DNA of 58,407 bases from an uncultured Chloroflexota bacterium (GTDB taxonomy: Bacteria; Chloroflexota; Limnocylindria; Limnocylindrales; Limnocylindraceae): NCBI GenBank assembly GCA_903864185.1, contig CAIPEX010000009.1, positions 110,281-168,687 on the forward strand, read 5' to 3'. Shown piece by piece: positions 35,778 through 44,589 of the stretch (its first letter is position 1; each line of letters starts with the position of its first letter). The translations under genes and the position numbers were made by a program. Under the pieces are notes generated by a model. It was not told the origin of the DNA. It made no database searches and saw only the letters and a program-made list of their open reading frames with translations.

Positions 35778-36734
35778 CTACGCGCGAGGGTGCGCCTTTT
35801 TGTAGGCGTCACGCACGTGACTCCCAAGCAGGTGGGTATAGAGCTGCGTTGTCGCTATGTCTGCGTGCCCAAGGAGCTCTTGGACCACGCGCAGGTCGGC
35901 GCCACCGTCGAGGAGGTGGGTGGCAAAGGAGTGGCGCAGGGTGTGCGGATGGATCTCTTCACCGAGTCCAGCGGCAATCGCTGCCGCGCGAATGGCAGAC
36001 CATGCTTCTTCGCGGCGTACTCGTCGACCGCCTCGTGTGAGCAGTAGGGCTGCTGTGTCGACGCCAAGTTTTGTGCTGCGCGATTGCGACTCCATGTGAA
36101 CTGGCCGGCCAGCATCGAGATAGAGACGAACAGCGTCAACCGCTGGTTCGCCGATCGGCACAACACGCTCACGCCGACCCTTTCCGAAGAGGCGCACAGA
36201 TCCATCGGCGAGATCGATGGAATCGAGGTCTAAGGTGACGATCTCACTCACCCGACCACCCGATCCGTACAGCAGCTCGCCGAGTGCCCGGTTCCGCAAA
36301 GCGTGCGCGCGTGTGAGTGCGTCTGACCCCAACGTAGTACTCAGAGCCGAAAGGAGTTCGTCAATCTGCGTTGCACTAAGAACGGCGGGAAGCCTCCGCC
36401 GTGCACGCGGAAGATCAATCTCATCGCTGATAGATCGAGTGACGATACCCTCCGCCTCCGCAAAGCGGTAGAAGACACGCAACGCGGCGGCACGACGACG
36501 GCGCGTAGAGAGCGCTACATCGGGAGCTGCAATCCACTGCTGCACAACACCTGCATCATCACGCCAAGAGCTTTGGTTTGGGAGCGAGGCCGAAAACGAC
36601 TGGTAGTCGCTCCGATACGCTTCGAGCGTCCGCGGTGCGAGGTTACGCTCAACAGAGAGGTAGAGGATGCAGGCGTCGATCAGTCGTTCAAAGGCTGTCC
36701 TGGCGGCAGGGGTATCTGTCGCCTTCGACATCAA
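35778..36734 (-). CDS. xerD: site-specific tyrosine recombinase XerC/XerD family
   Basis: N-terminal SAM-like core-binding domain. Catalytic residues lie in HPHTLRHSFATHLLDGGADLRVVQELLGHADIATTQLYTH. XerD versus XerC cannot be decided from sequence alone. Confidence 0.8.
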   Translation of the reverse strand: MMSKATDTPAARTAFERLIDACILYLSVERNLAPRTLEAYRSDYQSFSASLPNQSSWRDDAGVVQQWIAAPDVALSTRRRRAAALRVFYRFAEAEGIVTRSISDEIDLPRARRRLPAVLSATQIDELLSALSTTLGSDALTRAHALRNRALGELLYGSGGRVSEIVTLDLDSIDLADGSVRLFGKGRRERVVPIGEPAVDAVRLYLDAGRPVHMESQSRSTKLGVDTAALLLTRGGRRVRREEAWSAIRAAAIAAGLGEEIHPHTLRHSFATHLLDGGADLRVVQELLGHADIATTQLYTHLLGSHVRDAYKKAHPRA

Positions 36735-38407
36735 GCCTCGCGCTTCGCAGCGGCAAGCAGCTCCTTGGCGGCCGCGGTGGCACCGCTCCCCGCTCCATCG
36801 CCGGCGAGCATCGCTGCGAGCTCTTCAACGCGTTCCGCTGCGCTGAGCGTCCGAACCGAGGTGACCGTGCGCCCGTCTGCGTCACCCTTCGCGACATGCA
36901 GGTGGGTATCAGCATGGGCGGCAACCTGTGCAAGATGCGTCACGCAGAGAACCTGATGCTGCCGAGAGATCCGTCGAAGACTGCGTCCAAGCGCCTCGCC
37001 CGCGCGACCGCCAAGGCCCGCGTCGATCTCATCGAAGATCAGCGTGCGTGGTTCGCTTGCATCACTGAGCGCCTCCTCAAGCGCGAGCGAGAGGCGACTC
37101 AGTTCGCCACCAGACGCAATTTTCGCAATGGGACCAGCAGGCTCACCAGGGTTTGGTGCGAAGACATAGGAGACCTCATCGCCACCAGAGCGGTCGACCA
37201 GGCAGCTAGCACCTTCAACGAGAGGGTCGCCGTCTGCTCCGCTACGCGCCTGAACAAGCACAACAAAGCTTGACGGCAGGTCAAGGGCCCCCAGGGCACG
37301 GTTCACAGCCTTGGCGAGTGAACCAGCGCCCGCGCGCCGGCGTTCCCGCAAGGCAAGGGCGGCGACCGCAATCTCGCTGTTCAGTTGCACACGTCCTCGC
37401 TCAATCTCCGCCCTCCGAGCGTCTGCCCCTTCGAGTCGCGCAACCTCAGCCACGGCAGCCTCAAGCGCGCGTCCAAGGCCAGCCTCATCGGTCTTGAAGC
37501 GTCGCTGCAGCGAGAGGAGGAGGCCGAGCCGCTCCTCCAGTTCTGGAACGCTCCTGCCGCTCACCTCGCCAGGTGCTCGCCGCGTCAGGTCGCGCGCAAT
37601 ATCGTCGATCTCAATCGAGAGCGCAGTGAGGCGCTCGCCCAGCGCAGCCGCAGAGTCGTCAAGGCGTACAAGCTCACGGGAGGCCCGCTCAATCTCGGTC
37701 GAAATGGGACGAAGCGATGCGGGCTCGCCATCAAAGAGCGAGGTGATCTCTCCGTAGAGTGCGTCGATGCGGTCGCCGTTCGTGGCGCGGCGTAGTTCCT
37801 CTTTGAGCTTCGCCTCTTCACCCTGCTCGACTGCCGCGACCTCAAGATCCGTGCGCTCTGCCCGAGCAATCGCAAGCAGTGCATCTCGTCGCGAATCATC
37901 TCCACCGAGTTCGGCGTACTCCACCTCAAGTTGGCTGCGACGATCGATTAACTCAGCAACCTCTTCGCGGATCTCCATTGACTGAGACCAGCGGTCGAGA
38001 AGGTCACGCTGCCGAGCTGGGTCGCCGAGGCGCTGTTGATCATGCTGCCCGTGAATCTCGATGCGTGATCCGATCTCTTGCGCGAGGCGCGCGATCGTTA
38101 CGAGCTCGTCGTTCAGTCGCGCAACCGAGCGACCCTCTGCGTAGACCTCGCGAACAACGATCTTCTCGCCACCGGCATCAGCCATGAGGAGGTCGATATG
38201 GAGGCGCTCAGACCCAGCGCGAATCGCACCGGTATCAGCACGTGAGCCACGAGCAAGCGCGAACGCGTCCACAAGCAGGCTCTTCCCCGCCCCAGTCTCT
38301 CCGGTCAAAACGGTGAGGCCTGGGCCAAGTTCTACGCGGAGTGAGTCAATGATGGCGAGACCAGAGACGCCAAGCTCGCGAACGAGTGAGCCGCTCTGAC
38401 TGTTCAC
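36731..38407 (-). CDS. recN: DNA repair protein RecN
   Basis: Walker A GETGAGKSL, a long coiled-coil, the signature SGGELSRLSLAL and Walker B LIFDEID. Confidence 0.95.
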   Translation of the reverse strand: MNSQSGSLVRELGVSGLAIIDSLRVELGPGLTVLTGETGAGKSLLVDAFALARGSRADTGAIRAGSERLHIDLLMADAGGEKIVVREVYAEGRSVARLNDELVTIARLAQEIGSRIEIHGQHDQQRLGDPARQRDLLDRWSQSMEIREEVAELIDRRSQLEVEYAELGGDDSRRDALLAIARAERTDLEVAAVEQGEEAKLKEELRRATNGDRIDALYGEITSLFDGEPASLRPISTEIERASRELVRLDDSAAALGERLTALSIEIDDIARDLTRRAPGEVSGRSVPELEERLGLLLSLQRRFKTDEAGLGRALEAAVAEVARLEGADARRAEIERGRVQLNSEIAVAALALRERRRAGAGSLAKAVNRALGALDLPSSFVVLVQARSGADGDPLVEGASCLVDRSGGDEVSYVFAPNPGEPAGPIAKIASGGELSRLSLALEEALSDASEPRTLIFDEIDAGLGGRAGEALGRSLRRISRQHQVLCVTHLAQVAAHADTHLHVAKGDADGRTVTSVRTLSAAERVEELAAMLAGDGAGSGATAAAKELLAAAKREA

Positions 38408-39237
38408 CGCGGCAGGAGTTCGACCTTCTGGCGAACGAGATCCCAGAATGGTGCAAGGCCAGGAAGTTCAATAAATTGGATCGGCTCTGGAGATTCAGTG
38501 ACAGTCACGCGATCGCCCACGCCGATCACCTGATCGACCCACCCATCAACCGAGACGACTGCATCGTCACCCTGCACGAGCGTGCACGTCACACCCTGGG
38601 ACGGGGCGACCACAACTGAGCGCAGTGTTGCGAGATATGCAGCAATCGGCGTCACGATTATATTCCTGCTCGACGGATCCAACACTGGACCACCTGCAGA
38701 GAACGAGTAGCCGGTTGAGCCAGTTGGCGAGGAGAGAACGACGCCATCGGCAATGTACGTCGCAAGATGGCTCTCGCCGATTGCTACGTCGAGGCGAAGG
38801 ACACGCGGAAGTCGGCCGCGCGCGACGACAACGTCATTGAGAGCGATCAGTTCCTCGCGCCCGCCACCGAGGCGTTCAATGACCGCGCGGAGAGCCATGC
38901 GTGGTTGCGGCTTCCATGTACCTGCAACGAGTGCACTAAGTGTCTGGTCAAGCTGGAACGCTTCCGCGCGAGCGAGGAAGCCCACCTTGCCGAGGTTGAT
39001 GCCGAGGAGCGGTATGGCACTGCCTGCAACGGCAGCAGCTGCACGGAGGAACGTTCCGTCGCCCCCCATCGAGATGAGGAGATCGGTTCCCGGCAGCTTC
39101 GACTTTACGGCTGCCTGTTCTTCGGCGGGTAGGCCCCACGACTCAACCCCGTGCGTGGCGCACCAACCAGCGGCCTCATCCCATGTTTCCTGGGCGAGGT
39201 CATTCGTTGGGTTATAGACAAAGCCGAACCGAGGCAT
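38404..39237 (-). CDS. nadK: NAD(+) kinase
   Basis: ISMGGDGTFL, NLGKVGFL and SPTGSTGYSFSAGGP motifs. The start is set at the ATG at 39237 (MPRFGFVYNP); the longer ORF would overlap dxs. Confidence 0.9.
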   Translation of the reverse strand: MPRFGFVYNPTNDLAQETWDEAAGWCATHGVESWGLPAEEQAAVKSKLPGTDLLISMGGDGTFLRAAAAVAGSAIPLLGINLGKVGFLARAEAFQLDQTLSALVAGTWKPQPRMALRAVIERLGGGREELIALNDVVVARGRLPRVLRLDVAIGESHLATYIADGVVLSSPTGSTGYSFSAGGPVLDPSSRNIIVTPIAAYLATLRSVVVAPSQGVTCTLVQGDDAVVSVDGWVDQVIGVGDRVTVTESPEPIQFIELPGLAPFWDLVRQKVELLPR

Positions 39238-39243
39238 GGATCT

Positions 39244-39252
39244 ATCATCGCA
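39244..39252 (-). promoter_or_regulatory. extended -10-like element TGcGATGAT, 6 nt upstream of the nadK ATG (leaderless candidate)
   Basis: The minus strand reads TGcGATGAT-agatcc-ATG. The 52-nt dxs-nadK spacer has no SD. Prediction only. Confidence 0.25.
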
Positions 39253-39289
39253 CACGGAGAGAGCTCGTTCAGTACCGTCTGGCCTGAAC

Positions 39290-41263
39290 CTAGGCGCGGT
39301 GCGCCGCCCATGCAGCGCGGATTTGGCGCTCAATCCCCTTCTCGTCAAGGCCGATGAGCGCCCGTAGGTCGTTGACGCTCCCGTGATCCACAAAGTTTCC
39401 AGCAGGGATGCCGATCGTCAGGATACTTGCGGTTACAGGGTCTCCTGTTGCGGCCTCATCTGCCGCAAGTACCTCAAGGACGCCGCTTCCGAATCCGCCC
39501 ACCACAACACTCTCCTCGAGGGTCACAAGGAGCGAAGATGACCGTCCAAGGCGACGCACAAGCGGTGCGTCGAGTGGACTTGCCCAGATCGCATTGACCA
39601 GCCCGACAGAGAGACCAGAGGCGCGAAGGCGCTCAATAACCGGGAGCGCACGCTGCAGGATCGGTCCAAAGGCAAGGATCGTAATGTCGCTCCCCTCTGA
39701 AAGCACCTCGGCCGTGCCAATCGGTAGAGGCTCGGGGGACCGAGGTGCAGTTCCCGTCACGCTGTCACGTGGGTAGTGCAGCGCGAACGGGTGCTCCTGT
39801 GCAAGTGCGGTACGAACAAGAGCACGGAGCTCTTGCTCGTCTTTTGGCGAGGCGATGATCAGGCGTGGGATCTGCCGCTGTGCAGTGAGCGTGAACATCC
39901 CCTGATGGCTCGTCCCGTCTTCGCCAACAAGGCCAGCTCGGTCAACCCCAATAAGAACTGGCTGATCGTTCTGACAGACATCGTGAACGATCTGGTCCCA
40001 TGCACGCTGCAAGAAGGTTGAGTAGATCGCAACGACCGGGCGGCCTCCTCCCATTGCAATGCCGGTTGCAGCTGCAACCGCATGCTGCTCGGCGATCCCA
40101 ACGTCGTAGAAGCGCTCTGGGTATGCAGCCGCGAATTTATCGAGCCCTGTACCGGTCGGCATGCCGGCGGTGATCGCTACGACGCGGGGGTCGCTTGCTG
40201 CGACTGCCAGAAGCTCAGAGGCAAAGAACGAGGTGTAGTTTGCGGCTTTCGGAGCGGGTGCAACCACTTCGCTGCCACCTTTTCCGTACGAGTCGGTTGC
40301 GACTCCAACCTCCATCTTCGGCAGTGCAGCGCCATGGAAGGTGATCGGGTCTGCCTCGGCAGGACGGTAGCCCCTCCCCTTCTGCGTGCGCACGTGAACA
40401 ATGACGGGTCCAGGCATCCGAAATGCAGCTTCAAATGCCTCCTCCATCACCGTGCGGTCGTGCCCATCAAGTACGCCGATGTAGGTGATCCCCAGGTCTT
40501 CGAAAAGGCGTCCAGGTTCTTGCGCAAATGAGACAACCGAGCGACGGAAGCTCTTTGAAAGCGCGGCGAGCGTTGGTCCGATAACCGGAACGCTGCCGAT
40601 GATCCGGTCATAGCCCCCCTTGCTACGGCGCCAACTCTTTGAGAGCTTGACGCGTGAGAGGTAGGTTGAGATGGCTCCGACCGTCGGTGAGATCGACATC
40701 TCGTTGTCATTCAACACAATGAGGAGGCGGGTCCCGCGATGGCCGATGTCGTTAAGCGCCTCAAGGCTTAGCCCGCTCATCAGCGCCGCATCACCAACCA
40801 CCACAGCGACGCGCTCATCCGACCCGCGCACATCGCGAGCGAGGGCAAGTCCCTGGCCAATGGAGATTCCGGTGCCGGCATGGCCACCGTCGAACACGTC
40901 ATGGGGCGACTCTGTGCGGCGAGGGAATCCACCGATCCCACCAAGCTGGCGGAGTGAGCCGAATCGAGCAAGGCGTCCAGTCAGGAGCTTGTGTGGATAC
41001 GCTTGGTGCCCTGTGTCAAAGACGAGGCGGTCGGTCGGCGAGTTCATGACGCGATGGAGCGCGAGCGTCAACTCAACGACACCAAGGCTCGGACCGAGGT
41101 GGCCGCCTGTAACGGCGGTTGTCGCGATGATCGCCGTACGAATCTGCTCTGCCACCTCATCAAGCTGGGTAGACGAGAGCAACTTGAGGCCTGCGGGACC
41201 TTCAAGGCGCGCGAGAAGCGAATCTTCTCCAACAGCGCGGAGCGCTACTCGTTCATCGCTCAT
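39290..41263 (-). CDS. dxs: 1-deoxy-D-xylulose-5-phosphate synthase
   Basis: GGHLGPSLGVVEL, DTGHQAYPHK, the thiamine-diphosphate motif VVGDAALMSG...NDN, and transketolase-like C-terminal domains. Confidence 0.95.
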   Translation of the reverse strand: MSDERVALRAVGEDSLLARLEGPAGLKLLSSTQLDEVAEQIRTAIIATTAVTGGHLGPSLGVVELTLALHRVMNSPTDRLVFDTGHQAYPHKLLTGRLARFGSLRQLGGIGGFPRRTESPHDVFDGGHAGTGISIGQGLALARDVRGSDERVAVVVGDAALMSGLSLEALNDIGHRGTRLLIVLNDNEMSISPTVGAISTYLSRVKLSKSWRRSKGGYDRIIGSVPVIGPTLAALSKSFRRSVVSFAQEPGRLFEDLGITYIGVLDGHDRTVMEEAFEAAFRMPGPVIVHVRTQKGRGYRPAEADPITFHGAALPKMEVGVATDSYGKGGSEVVAPAPKAANYTSFFASELLAVAASDPRVVAITAGMPTGTGLDKFAAAYPERFYDVGIAEQHAVAAATGIAMGGGRPVVAIYSTFLQRAWDQIVHDVCQNDQPVLIGVDRAGLVGEDGTSHQGMFTLTAQRQIPRLIIASPKDEQELRALVRTALAQEHPFALHYPRDSVTGTAPRSPEPLPIGTAEVLSEGSDITILAFGPILQRALPVIERLRASGLSVGLVNAIWASPLDAPLVRRLGRSSSLLVTLEESVVVGGFGSGVLEVLAADEAATGDPVTASILTIGIPAGNFVDHGSVNDLRALIGLDEKGIERQIRAAWAAHRA

Positions 41264-41281
41264 GATGCATCTCCCTACTGC

Positions 41282-41542
41282 CTAGTCTTCCTCGTCGAGG
41301 TCAAGCGTAGCGGTGGTTCCGTCTGGGAGTAGTTCCTCTACACGGAGGCGCGCCGCCTTGAGCTGCGTATCCGCATGGCGCTGGAGGGCTACGCCGCGCT
41401 CAAAGAGGACGACCGCGTCCTCAAGTCCGCCGTCACCAGCCTCAAGCGCCTCGGCGACGGTGCGGAGTTCGCGCATCGTTTCGTCGAACGTCTCGGGTAG
41501 CGTCGCGTCGCTCACGCGATGCCCCTTACGCTTTCCTGCCAT
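41282..41542 (-). CDS. xseB: exodeoxyribonuclease VII small subunit
   Basis: 86 aa with the FDETMRELRTVAEALEAGDGGLEDAVVLFERG pattern typical of XseB. Overlaps the xseA 3' end. Confidence 0.85.
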   Translation of the reverse strand: MAGKRKGHRVSDATLPETFDETMRELRTVAEALEAGDGGLEDAVVLFERGVALQRHADTQLKAARLRVEELLPDGTTATLDLDEED

Positions 41543-42770
41543 GCTCCCCCTCCTTCTCCGTACTGGTTATGGTCGCACGGAATGCCCCTGCAGCGAGTCG
41601 AACCCTGACATGCCCTCCCACCTGCGCCTCGCGCCAAGAGCGGATCGGGTGCCCGTCTGGCCCGAGCGCAATTGCATACCCCCGTGCCAGGGTGCGGAGT
41701 GGTGAGAGCGCCTCAAGGAGCCGCCCGGCCTCGGCAAGCGCCCCGTCCATCCGTTGCAGGTAGAGCGAGGTACTACGAGCCAGTGCGCTGCCGAGCTGCG
41801 CAAGGTGCTCACCATGTCGCAGGAGGAGCTCACGTGGACCGGCCTCATCCGTACGTTGAGCCAGTGAGAGGAGCTCCTCGTATCGTTGCCCAAGCAGTGC
41901 ATCGATCCTGCGCACAACACGTGCGAAGAGATGCTCCATCCCCAATTGCAGTATCCCTTCTGGTGGGGCGACAAGATCGGCGGCGATGCTTGGCGTCCCA
42001 GCGCGGACATCCGCAACCAGGTCGGAGAGGGTGACGTCTGATTCATGCCCGACGGCGGAGATAACAGGGGTTCGCGAGGCGGCGATGGCACGTATCACTA
42101 CTTCGGAGTTGAAGGCGCTGAGATCTTCAGCAGAGCCGCCGCCGCGCGCGACGATAATGACATCGACATCACCTGAGGTATCAAGGCGAGCAATCCCTTC
42201 GGCAAGCTCTACCGGCGCATTTGCTCCTTGCACGGCCGCGTGCGCAACGATCAGGCGCATATCCACTGCCCGATGGCGCAATACGCGGATCACATCATGG
42301 ATCACCGCGCCAGAGCGAGAGGTGACGATCCCGATGCTGTGCGGCGCGTCTGGGAGTCGGCGCTTCCGCGCCGCGTCGAAGATCCCCTCGGCTGCGAGGC
42401 GTTGTTTCAGCGCCTCAAGTTCCAGCGAGAAGATCCCCAGTGCCCCTGGTCGCTCAATCGCGCTTGCGACAAGTTGGTAGCGGCTGCGTGAGGGGTAGAG
42501 GTCGATGCGACCGCGCGCAACGACGATCTCGCCTGGTTGCGCGAGGGGTTCGCCAGGCCGAATCGAGCCGCGAAAGCGCACGATATCGAGGGTTGCGGCT
42601 GCATCCTTGATCGTGATGTACTCATGCCCCGCTGCACTACGCAGCGCGCTCTGTACCTCGCCTACAACGAGACAGTCCGCAAGGCCTTCGTCCGACGTGA
42701 TCCGCGACTTGATCCGTGTCGCGACCTCAGAGACGCTGAGGGCGTCGTCGGGTGCAAGCTGCGCGGTCAG
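41526..42770 (-). CDS. xseA: exodeoxyribonuclease VII large subunit (start codon uncertain; CTG at 42770 proposed)
   Basis: The listed ORF starts at the GTG at 42581. The same frame stays open upstream and encodes the conserved OB-fold N-terminus ...LSVSEVATRIKSRITSDEGLADCLVVGEVQSALRSAAGHEYITIKDAAATLDIV. I found no ATG, GTG or TTG in that stretch. The CTG at 42770-42768 overlaps the efp TGA (CTGA). Confidence 0.75.
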   Translation of the reverse strand: MTAQLAPDDALSVSEVATRIKSRITSDEGLADCLVVGEVQSALRSAAGHEYITIKDAAATLDIVRFRGSIRPGEPLAQPGEIVVARGRIDLYPSRSRYQLVASAIERPGALGIFSLELEALKQRLAAEGIFDAARKRRLPDAPHSIGIVTSRSGAVIHDVIRVLRHRAVDMRLIVAHAAVQGANAPVELAEGIARLDTSGDVDVIIVARGGGSAEDLSAFNSEVVIRAIAASRTPVISAVGHESDVTLSDLVADVRAGTPSIAADLVAPPEGILQLGMEHLFARVVRRIDALLGQRYEELLSLAQRTDEAGPRELLLRHGEHLAQLGSALARSTSLYLQRMDGALAEAGRLLEALSPLRTLARGYAIALGPDGHPIRSWREAQVGGHVRVRLAAGAFRATITSTEKEGEHGRKA

Positions 42771-43324
42771 ACGCGTGTCTGGTACTCGCCTGTGCGGGTG
42801 TCGACGCGAATGACGTCGCCCACCGCCACAAAGAGTGGCACCTGCACAACGAGACCGGTCTCCAGCGTGGCTGACTTTCGTGCGCCTGTTGCGGTATCAC
42901 CCGCAAAGCCAGGTTCTGTCTCCGTCACGGCAAGGTCGAGGTTGATCGGGAGTTCAACGCCAAGCGTCTCACCCTCATAGCTGATGCGGTCAAGAACAAG
43001 GCCGTCCTTTACATAGTTTTTCGCCTCACCTAACTGCTCGGCAGTGATCACAAACTGATCGTATGTTTCCGTGTCCATGAACGTGTAGTCTCCACCGTCC
43101 GAAAAGAGGAACTGCGCTGCGCGTCGCTCCATGGTCGCGCGTGGGAACTTCTCGCCAGCCTGGAATGTCTTCTCCACGATCGACTGCTTGCGCACGTTGC
43201 GGAACTTAATTCGAACCTGTGCAGAGCCGCGACCCATCTTGATGTGGTGGTAGTCGAGGATCTGCCAGAGGTCGCCCTCCAGCTCAATAACGACGCCCTT
43301 CTTCAGTTCACCAGTTGAAATCAT
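42767..43324 (-). CDS. efp: elongation factor P
   Basis: MISTGELKKGVVIELEGDLWQILDYHHIKMGRGSAQVRIKFRN, 185 aa, with GGAGGG SD. Confidence 0.95.
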   Translation of the reverse strand: MISTGELKKGVVIELEGDLWQILDYHHIKMGRGSAQVRIKFRNVRKQSIVEKTFQAGEKFPRATMERRAAQFLFSDGGDYTFMDTETYDQFVITAEQLGEAKNYVKDGLVLDRISYEGETLGVELPINLDLAVTETEPGFAGDTATGARKSATLETGLVVQVPLFVAVGDVIRVDTRTGEYQTRV

Positions 43325-43337
43325 TAGCCCTCCTTTG

Positions 43338-43354
43338 GCAGAGAGTCTCTCTGC
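43338..43354 (-). other. perfect inverted repeat (hairpin) just upstream of the efp SD
   Basis: Minus strand GCAGAGAG-a-CTCTCTGC, followed by caaaGGAGGgctaATG. No U-run follows, so it is not a canonical intrinsic terminator. Confidence 0.4.
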
Positions 43355-43374
43355 AGTTGTGCCTAGTTTAGCCG

Positions 43375-44589
43375 TCAGCCGACGATTAGGGGTTCAGCGG
43401 GGAATTGCGTAAGGATCGTGAGGCTCTTTCCTGCGGTATTGACTGCGACAAGATCCTCGATGCGAATGCCGATCTCGTCTTGAACGTAGATGCCGGGCTC
43501 AACACTAAAGACGGTCGGGCTTGGCAGTGCGTCATCCGACGCGCCTCGCGAAAGTGAGGGTGACTCGTGCGTCTGGAGGCCAATCCCATGACCGAGGCCG
43601 TGATCGTAGACGCGCGGCGCTCCGGCCATCGCAGCGCGCGTGGCGACATCGCAGGCCCGACCAGAAGGGAGTGGACCGCCCTGCTCAACTGCCAATCGCA
43701 ATAGATCAATCGTGGCCGCCTGTCCGCGGTGCACCGCTGCATAGAGTGCAGCGTGCTCTGCTGAGGGCTCGCCAACAAAGAGCGTGCGCGTCATATCCGA
43801 GCGATAGCCCGCTACCTGTGCGCCAAAGTCGAAGAGGATGACCTCTCCGGCACGAAGTTCACGTGTGCCTGGATTCCCGTGCGGGAGTGCAGCATTGCCG
43901 CCGGCAAGCGCAGCAACATCAAAGGCGAGTGCCTCAGCGCCCCCTTCGCGCATGGCGCGTTCCAGTGACCAGGCAAGCGCGGACTCTGTCGCGCCAGGCC
44001 GAATCTGGTCAAGGATCCCCGCGAGCGCCCGATCGGCAACAGCACACGCTGCCGCAATGCGCTCAATCTCTGACGCCTCTTTCACCGCTCGAACTGCTGT
44101 CCCCCACCCGCGGACGCTACGGAGCTCTACTCCAGGTGCGGCCTCTGCAATGCGCTCCCATACGGCGTGGCGCACCTGTTGAGCGTCGAGCCCGAGCTGC
44201 CGCGCGCCGTGGCTGTGCAGCCAGGTCGCAATTGCCGCACCCGCGTCGCTGCCGTAGTCAATACGCTCCGCATCTGGCGCCTCCCGCTGCGCCTGGATGA
44301 TGTAGCGCGAGTCGACAAGAAGGGCGAGCGCATCGGCAGTGAGGAGAAGCCAGCCGCTTGAACCCGAGGTCGGCTCCTCGTTCGGGCCGAAGCAGATCCC
44401 CGCAAAATATCGAGCATCCGCGTGACTCGTGAGCATGAGGGCGTCGACCCCTTCGCGCACCATGCGCGCACGGAGTGCTGCTAGGCGAGTTGGACGGGCC
44501 AGGCGATCTGCATCAAGCCATCCCGCGAGTACCGCGGGGCTGGGAGGAGCGGCAAAATCCGTAGGGTTCGGCAGTGAGGCGTGCCTCAC
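43375..44589 (-). CDS. pepP: M24-family Xaa-Pro aminopeptidase
   Basis: Creatinase-like N-domain plus M24 metal ligands (DFGAQVAGYRSDMTR, HGLGHGIGLQTHE, EPGIY, RIED). The pepP-efp adjacency matches the Bacillus papA-efp pair. Confidence 0.82.
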   Translation of the reverse strand: MRHASLPNPTDFAAPPSPAVLAGWLDADRLARPTRLAALRARMVREGVDALMLTSHADARYFAGICFGPNEEPTSGSSGWLLLTADALALLVDSRYIIQAQREAPDAERIDYGSDAGAAIATWLHSHGARQLGLDAQQVRHAVWERIAEAAPGVELRSVRGWGTAVRAVKEASEIERIAAACAVADRALAGILDQIRPGATESALAWSLERAMREGGAEALAFDVAALAGGNAALPHGNPGTRELRAGEVILFDFGAQVAGYRSDMTRTLFVGEPSAEHAALYAAVHRGQAATIDLLRLAVEQGGPLPSGRACDVATRAAMAGAPRVYDHGLGHGIGLQTHESPSLSRGASDDALPSPTVFSVEPGIYVQDEIGIRIEDLVAVNTAGKSLTILTQFPAEPLIVG

